Sequence record: NC_002371.2
Strand: one strand, 5' to 3'
DNA from: Salmonella phage P22
DNA length: 32,000 nucleotides
Below the pieces are notes generated by a model. That model was given only the letters and a program-made list of their open reading frames with translations, did not search any database and was not told the origin of the DNA. Positions within the stretch are counted from its first letter, which is position 1; each line of letters opens with the position of its first letter. Of this stretch, positions 28,190 through 32,000 are shown one piece after another. The translations under genes were made by a program, and so were the position numbers.

Positions 28190-28328
28190 GGCTCGGCACT
28201 CCAGGCTGATTAAGGATGTCTGCCAGCCGTTTCCAGCCAGCGCGTAATTTGCGGGTGATGCGATCTAAAAGTGATTCGTGTAACTGGGAAACGCCCATGC
28301 GAGCGCTTCCCGCGATTGCGATAATCAT
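28170..28328 (-). CDS. c3: CIII-like lysogeny regulator (52 aa), not in supplied track
   Basis: MIIAIAGSARMGVSQLHESLLDRITRKLRAGWKRLADILNQPGVPSHDYCAC; closely parallels lambda CIII ESLLERITRKLRDGWKRLIDILNQPGVP. Confidence 0.92.
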   Translation of the reverse strand: MIIAIAGSARMGVSQLHESLLDRITRKLRAGWKRLADILNQPGVPSHDYCAC

Positions 28329-28413
28329 GGGAGTTCCTTATGTTGTGTGTGATTGCATGAGGCTGAGCACTTGAATAAATACTCACTCAGATGCGGATAT
28401 GAAAAAGCCGCAC

Positions 28414-28725
28414 TCAGGCGGCTGTCGTTTCTTCTTTCAGGCTTTCGAGATATTCACGCGGGTCGTCGTAACACTGGCACTCGCTATACCAATCAATCCA
28501 GCGATCATCCAGTTCCATATCTTCCAAATCCTGGTCGGTAAGGCTCTCGTCAAACATCTGTAAACCGTTGGCGTTGCAGTAATCAGGCTTGATGTTGTTG
28601 TCATACTGAAAGGCGTCATAATCAGCCAGTGCATCCATCATTCGTACACCTTCTTCAACACTACCCACTTCTACAATGAATGGCTTCATAGGGACTTGCG
28701 GGATATGCCAGACACGTAATTTCAT
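28414..28725 (-). CDS. 17: gp17-like / superinfection-exclusion-family protein (103 aa)
   Basis: MKLRVWHIPQVPMKPFIVEVGSVEEGVRMMDALADYDAFQYDNN..., GGAGGA SD before ATG; family assignment from memory. Confidence 0.6.
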   Translation of the reverse strand: MKLRVWHIPQVPMKPFIVEVGSVEEGVRMMDALADYDAFQYDNNIKPDYCNANGLQMFDESLTDQDLEDMELDDRWIDWYSECQCYDDPREYLESLKEETTAA

Positions 28726-28737
28726 ATTTCCTCCAGG

Positions 28738-28766
28738 CAAAAAGAATGCCGCCCATATAGAGCGGC
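28738..28766 (-). terminator. Terminator-like hairpin upstream of the gp17-like gene
   Basis: On - strand: GCCGC-TCTATATGG-GCGGC followed by ATTCTTTTTG. Confidence 0.6.
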
Positions 28767-28872
28767 AAGACTATCAAGGGATGATTCTCCAATAACCAGA
28801 ACGAGTCTTCGTCCTCATTCGGTTACGAGCGATATTGCTCACATAGCAGACTCGTAAATCTGCTATAGGTGC

Positions 28873-29076
28873 TTATTCGCTTGGTGGTTCAGGTAATGGC
28901 ATCCAGTGAGTCACTCGCTCATGCTTGATTAAACGCGTGTCCTGCTTTGAGTTCTTTGCCTCAATTACTGGCTTCCTCATGGTGTAAATTCCCGAGAAAT
29001 TTGAATTGCAAACACAATATCCAAGCACAGTAATTCCGGATTCCGGCATCCGCTCACTACACTTAATCCACTCCAT
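28873..29076 (-). CDS. DUF551-like small protein (67 aa)
   Basis: [26 protein letters not shown]...VTHWMPLPEPPSE; AAGGAGTG SD before ATG at 29076. Confidence 0.75.
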   Translation of the reverse strand: MEWIKCSERMPESGITVLGYCVCNSNFSGIYTMRKPVIEAKNSKQDTRLIKHERVTHWMPLPEPPSE

Positions 29077-29312
29077 CACTCCTTCCCCAGAGCCTTGCCG
29101 ATGGCTGCGCGAGCCGTCGCGTACACAGCGTCCCACTCGCTCACGTCATGTTCCATATCGATAATGCTTAACAGAGCCTCGAGAAGCTCAGGAGCTGCAC
29201 TTGCCAATTTTATTTCCTGCTTATTGGCGTTCTCGGCTGAAAACAGAATGTGACCTTCAGTAACATCGACAATGTAATCTTCATCAACATCCCAATGCGG
29301 TATGTCTTTCAT
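29076..29312 (-). CDS. Hypothetical early protein (78 aa)
   Basis: [48 protein letters not shown]... Confidence 0.7.
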
Positions 29313-29348
29313 ATTCACCTCTGTGGCTTGCTGCCAAAAGAAGACAGA

Positions 29349-29543
29349 CTATATAGCCTTTAGTTTTTCCAGCTCTCTGGCAATCATTTCCGTGGTTCTG
29401 ATTGCCCATTTATCGACAATCTTTCCATCTTCTCTCACCAGAGCCATTTCCTCAGGCTTTACCATACATTCAGCATCAAGCTTGCAGCCTTTGCATTTCA
29501 CAAAACGACTACACCATTGATTTGTATCAATAGTCGTAGTCAT
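29349..29543 (-). CDS. ral: Ral antirestriction (type I restriction alleviation) protein (64 aa)
   Basis: MTTTIDTNQWCSRFVKCKGCKLDAECMVKPEEMALVREDGKIVDKWAIRTTEMIARELEKLKAI closely resembles lambda Ral. Confidence 0.93.
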   Translation of the reverse strand: MTTTIDTNQWCSRFVKCKGCKLDAECMVKPEEMALVREDGKIVDKWAIRTTEMIARELEKLKAI

Positions 29544-29613
29544 ATGGGTAGTCCTGGTATTGTTCCATCACATCCTGAGGATGCTCTTCGAACTCTTCAA
29601 ATTCTTCTTCCAT
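29527..29613 (-). CDS. 28-aa acidic micropeptide, not in supplied track
   Basis: MEEEFEEFEEHPQDVMEQYQDYPYDYDY; lambdoid orf28-type peptide upstream of and overlapping ral. Confidence 0.65.
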   Translation of the reverse strand: MEEEFEEFEEHPQDVMEQYQDYPYDYDY

Positions 29614-29692
29614 ATCTCATCTCAAATAGTGGATTGCGGTAGTAAAGATTGTGCCTGTCTTTTAACCACGTCAGGCTCGGTGGTTCTCGTGT

Positions 29693-29740
29693 ACCCCTAC
29701 AGCGAGAAATCGGATAAACTCTATTCACCCCTACAGAGAG
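29693..29740. repeat. 14-bp direct repeat upstream of sieB
   Basis: ACCCCTACAGCGAG (29693-29706) and ACCCCTACAGAGAG (29727-29740). Confidence 0.85.
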
Positions 29741-29757
29741 TAAAAAGAGAATCGCCG

Positions 29758-30336
29758 ATGAACAACTCATGGTGGCAGGAGTTAATGCGTTTTTTCCTGC
29801 AAGGAATGACACTTAAACAGTTGATTCATATGCTAATCATCCTGATCGTATTGATTATTGTTATGCCGGTAAGCGTAAAAGAATGGATAAACCTGCATAA
29901 TCCAGAAATACTTCCTCATTACTGGATGTATTACATCCTGTTGTTCTGCGTTAGCTATGTGCTTAACGGTGTTGTTAATTCCGTTTATCACGCTGTTACT
30001 GAAAGAATTGAGGCATCAACTGCTCAGCGGCGTAAGGACAGAGAAGAAAAAGTCGTTCGGGATTTGTTTGATTCGTTAACTCTTGGAGAAAGAGCGTATT
30101 TGGCATTCGCTGTAGCCGCTAATAACCAGCTAAAGACAGAAAAGGGAAGCCCTGAAGCAATTTCATTGCTCAAAAAAGGGATTATCACTCGATTGCCTTC
30201 TGCTATTGGATATCCTGATATTGACCGTTTTATTATCCCGGAAAAGTATTTTAATGAGTGCTACATGAGATTTGCCGGGAAGTCAGACATTCTTATGAAT
30301 GAACTTATTGTACAGGACGAACAGCTCAAAAAATAA
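29758..30336 (+). CDS. sieB: Superinfection exclusion protein B (192 aa); esc expected as an internal in-frame start
   Basis: MNNSWWQELMRFFLQGMTLKQLIHMLIILIVLIIVMP..., N-terminal TM segments, opposite to PL operon between ral and 24. Confidence 0.93.
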   Translation: MNNSWWQELMRFFLQGMTLKQLIHMLIILIVLIIVMPVSVKEWINLHNPEILPHYWMYYILLFCVSYVLNGVVNSVYHAVTERIEASTAQRRKDREEKVVRDLFDSLTLGERAYLAFAVAANNQLKTEKGSPEAISLLKKGIITRLPSAIGYPDIDRFIIPEKYFNECYMRFAGKSDILMNELIVQDEQLKK

Positions 30337-30356
30337 CGACTTAACCGACAAATACC

Positions 30357-30659
30357 TTACCTCGCTGTTATTTGTTTGCTCTTACGATGACCAGCCGCGT
30401 AAAGTGCTACGCCTGGAAGAAGTACAGATCCTCCTTCAACTTCCTTCTGACGCGTTCCGGCAAGCGAAATGGCTTTGGTGACACGGTCAATTCTTTTGGC
30501 TTTAACTTCCTGAGAAGCATCAGGAGCATCGCAGCCAAAAATTGAATCGATGATATTGCAGATGGTGTCGCGCTCTATGGCTAGCTTTCTGCGCCGCTCA
30601 TGACGGCGAGTTTTAGCATTGCCTGCAAACGTTGACTTCCCGTAGGTGATAACCGTCAT
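30357..30659 (-). CDS. 24: Antitermination protein N homologue (P22 gp24, 100 aa)
   Basis: Contains P22 N arginine-rich motif GNAKTRRHERRRKLAIERDTI. Confidence 0.97.
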   Translation of the reverse strand: MTVITYGKSTFAGNAKTRRHERRRKLAIERDTICNIIDSIFGCDAPDASQEVKAKRIDRVTKAISLAGTRQKEVEGGSVLLPGVALYAAGHRKSKQITAR

Positions 30660-30815
30660 GATTTAATCCTCATGTGAAATGGCTTTGGTACTGGCGCCGG
30701 AACCTGTCTCAATTTCCGGATTTCAAGTGGCTTCTCAGTCCGGCCCGATCGGTACAGCTAGAGGCCTAAGCTCCACCACACGCCAGTCCAAACCAATCTC
30801 GTTTGGTATTTGTTC

Positions 30816-30850
30816 GCGCTTTGTCAGCGCATCATCGAAGTTAAAGAGCG
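30816..30850 (-). promoter_or_regulatory. nutL: nutL site (boxA and boxB)
   Basis: On - strand: boxA CGCTCTTTA (30850-30842) then boxB GCGCTGACAAAGCGC (30830-30816). Confidence 0.93.
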
Positions 30851-30892
30851 TTGCCTTTCCGTTTGGCTACCAGCGTCCTGCTGATGGCTAAA

Positions 30893-30920
30893 ATTTAAGA
30901 CTTCTTAATTAAATGGTCAA
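30893..30920 (-). promoter_or_regulatory. PL promoter/operator region
   Basis: C2-type operator ATTTAAGACTTCTTAATT (30893-30910); TTGACC -35-like at 30920-30915 on - strand. Confidence 0.8.
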
Positions 30921-31012
30921 GTGTATTTTTGAAGAAAACTTAAATATTTTATCGTTACTTAAGTTTTTATTTGATTTTTAAAGGAAAATGTAGTGTGAGG
31001 GGCGGGTGCCCC

Positions 31013-31663
31013 TTATGGAAGATTTGCGAGTTTTGCGTCAACAACTACGCCAATGATTTTGCAGTTTCCGTTGATTTCTATCATCGGATATTGTGGGTTT
31101 AATGGTTTTAAAAACTTTCGGCCTGCATCCATAACTAATTTTTTGAATGTGGCCTCGTTTTCACCTTCTAATTTTGCAACAACCAGCTTGCCGTTTCTTG
31201 GTTCGACTTCGGGATCAACCAGAATTATCATTCCTTCTGGAATGCTTAACCCTGCCGGTGCTGTCATAGAGTCACCTTGGACATCAAGCCAAAATGAATC
31301 TTCTGAACAATCTACAGTGGTGTCGTGCCAGTTCTCTATCGCGCGCTTGTGATAAGGTTCTACAGCTTCCATCCATTGCCCTGCGCTTACCCAACTGATA
31401 AGAGGGTATGATCCTCTTGGCTCATGCCTACTATGATAGGCAACGTTTGTCTGGCTTAAATCTCCTTTCAGCAAATAGTCAGGGGAGCACTGAAGAGCCT
31501 TCGAAAGTGCCAACAGGTTCTCCCCATTTGGCTCAGTCTCCGAGCGCTCCCATTGCGATATTGCAACATTAGACACTCCCACCATCTTACCAAGAGCGGC
31601 TTGTCTAATCTTGAGTTTTTTTCTTCGAGCGCGAATACGCTCACCCATCAATTGTGTATTCAT
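31013..31663 (-). CDS. c2: C2 repressor (lambda CI-like, 216 aa)
   Basis: MNTQLMGERIRARRKKLKIRQAALGKMVGVSNVAISQWERSETEPNG..., P22 C2 with HTH and S24 C-terminal domain. Confidence 0.98.
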   Translation of the reverse strand: MNTQLMGERIRARRKKLKIRQAALGKMVGVSNVAISQWERSETEPNGENLLALSKALQCSPDYLLKGDLSQTNVAYHSRHEPRGSYPLISWVSAGQWMEAVEPYHKRAIENWHDTTVDCSEDSFWLDVQGDSMTAPAGLSIPEGMIILVDPEVEPRNGKLVVAKLEGENEATFKKLVMDAGRKFLKPLNPQYPMIEINGNCKIIGVVVDAKLANLP

Positions 31664-31681
31664 AGTTAAGTCATCTTAAAT
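31664..31681. promoter_or_regulatory. Operator OR3
   Basis: AGTTAAGTCATCTTAAAT abutting c2 start. Confidence 0.88.
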
Positions 31682-31687
31682 AAACTT

Positions 31688-31705
31688 GACTAAAGATTCC
31701 TTTAG
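31688..31705. promoter_or_regulatory. Operator OR2
   Basis: GACTAAAGATTCCTTTAG, overlaps PR -35 TTGACT (31686-31691). Confidence 0.85.
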
Positions 31706-31711
31706 TAGATA

Positions 31712-31729
31712 ATTTAAGTGTTCTTTAAT
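31712..31729. promoter_or_regulatory. Operator OR1
   Basis: ATTTAAGTGTTCTTTAAT; PR -10 GATAAT at 31708-31713. Confidence 0.92.
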
Positions 31730-31743
31730 TTCGGAGCGAGTCT

Positions 31744-31929
31744 ATGTACAAGAAAGATGTTATCGACCACTTCGGAACCCAGCGTGCAGTAGCTAAGGCT
31801 TTAGGCATTAGCGATGCAGCGGTCTCTCAGTGGAAGGAAGTTATCCCAGAGAAAGACGCATACCGATTAGAGATCGTTACAGCTGGCGCCCTGAAGTACC
31901 AAGAAAACGCTTATCGCCAAGCGGCGTAA
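31744..31929 (+). CDS. cro: Cro repressor (61 aa)
   Basis: MYKKDVIDHFGTQRAVAKALGISDAAVSQWKEVIPEKDAYRLEIVTAGALKYQENAYRQAA, P22 Cro. Confidence 0.97.
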   Translation: MYKKDVIDHFGTQRAVAKALGISDAAVSQWKEVIPEKDAYRLEIVTAGALKYQENAYRQAA

Positions 31930-32000
31930 GCAAAACGCTCTTTACCAATCTGAACCGCCGACAACGCGGTAAACCTATTTCAAAGCGCATCAACGAATGC

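Noticed and set aside
30679-30891. 70-aa + strand ORF across nutL
   Set aside because: Overlaps the PL leader, boxA and boxB; no SD or recognisable product.

Overview
This 32-kb window is most of the genome of a P22-type temperate Salmonella podovirus. Most products match bacteriophage P22 proteins as I recall them; no database search was possible. Order on the map: end of small terminase (3), large terminase (2), portal (1), scaffold (8), coat (5), orf69, tail accessory 4, 10, needle 26, 14, 7, 20, 16. Next comes the immI accessory block: sieA(-), an HEXXH-motif ORF(+), orf59a(-), mnt(-), Arc and Mnt operators, arc(+), the sar antisense region, ant(+). Then follow tailspike 9, the serotype-conversion operon gtrABC(-), an uninterrupted 46-bp attP (thrW-tRNA-like core), int/xis(-), the leftward early (PL) operon and the immC region. 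The PL operon holds ea-type ORFs, abc2, abc1, erf, arf, a possible kil, c3, a gp17-like gene, a DUF551 ORF, ral, and gene 24. The immC region holds sieB(+), PL/nutL, c2(-), OR1-3 and cro(+). The intact attP between gtrA and int, with phage genes on both sides, indicates an unintegrated (virion or circular-map) genome rather than a prophage in a chromosome. I found no convincing wholly new system. The items most worth checking are the HEXXH ORF in immI, the poorly characterised 211-aa ORF isolated between xis and a predicted terminator, the ea-region repeat and micro-ORFs missed by the supplied ORF track (c3, a 45-aa Cys-motif ORF, a 28-aa acidic peptide), the repeat/hairpin arrangement between ant and 9, and the repeats upstream of sieB.
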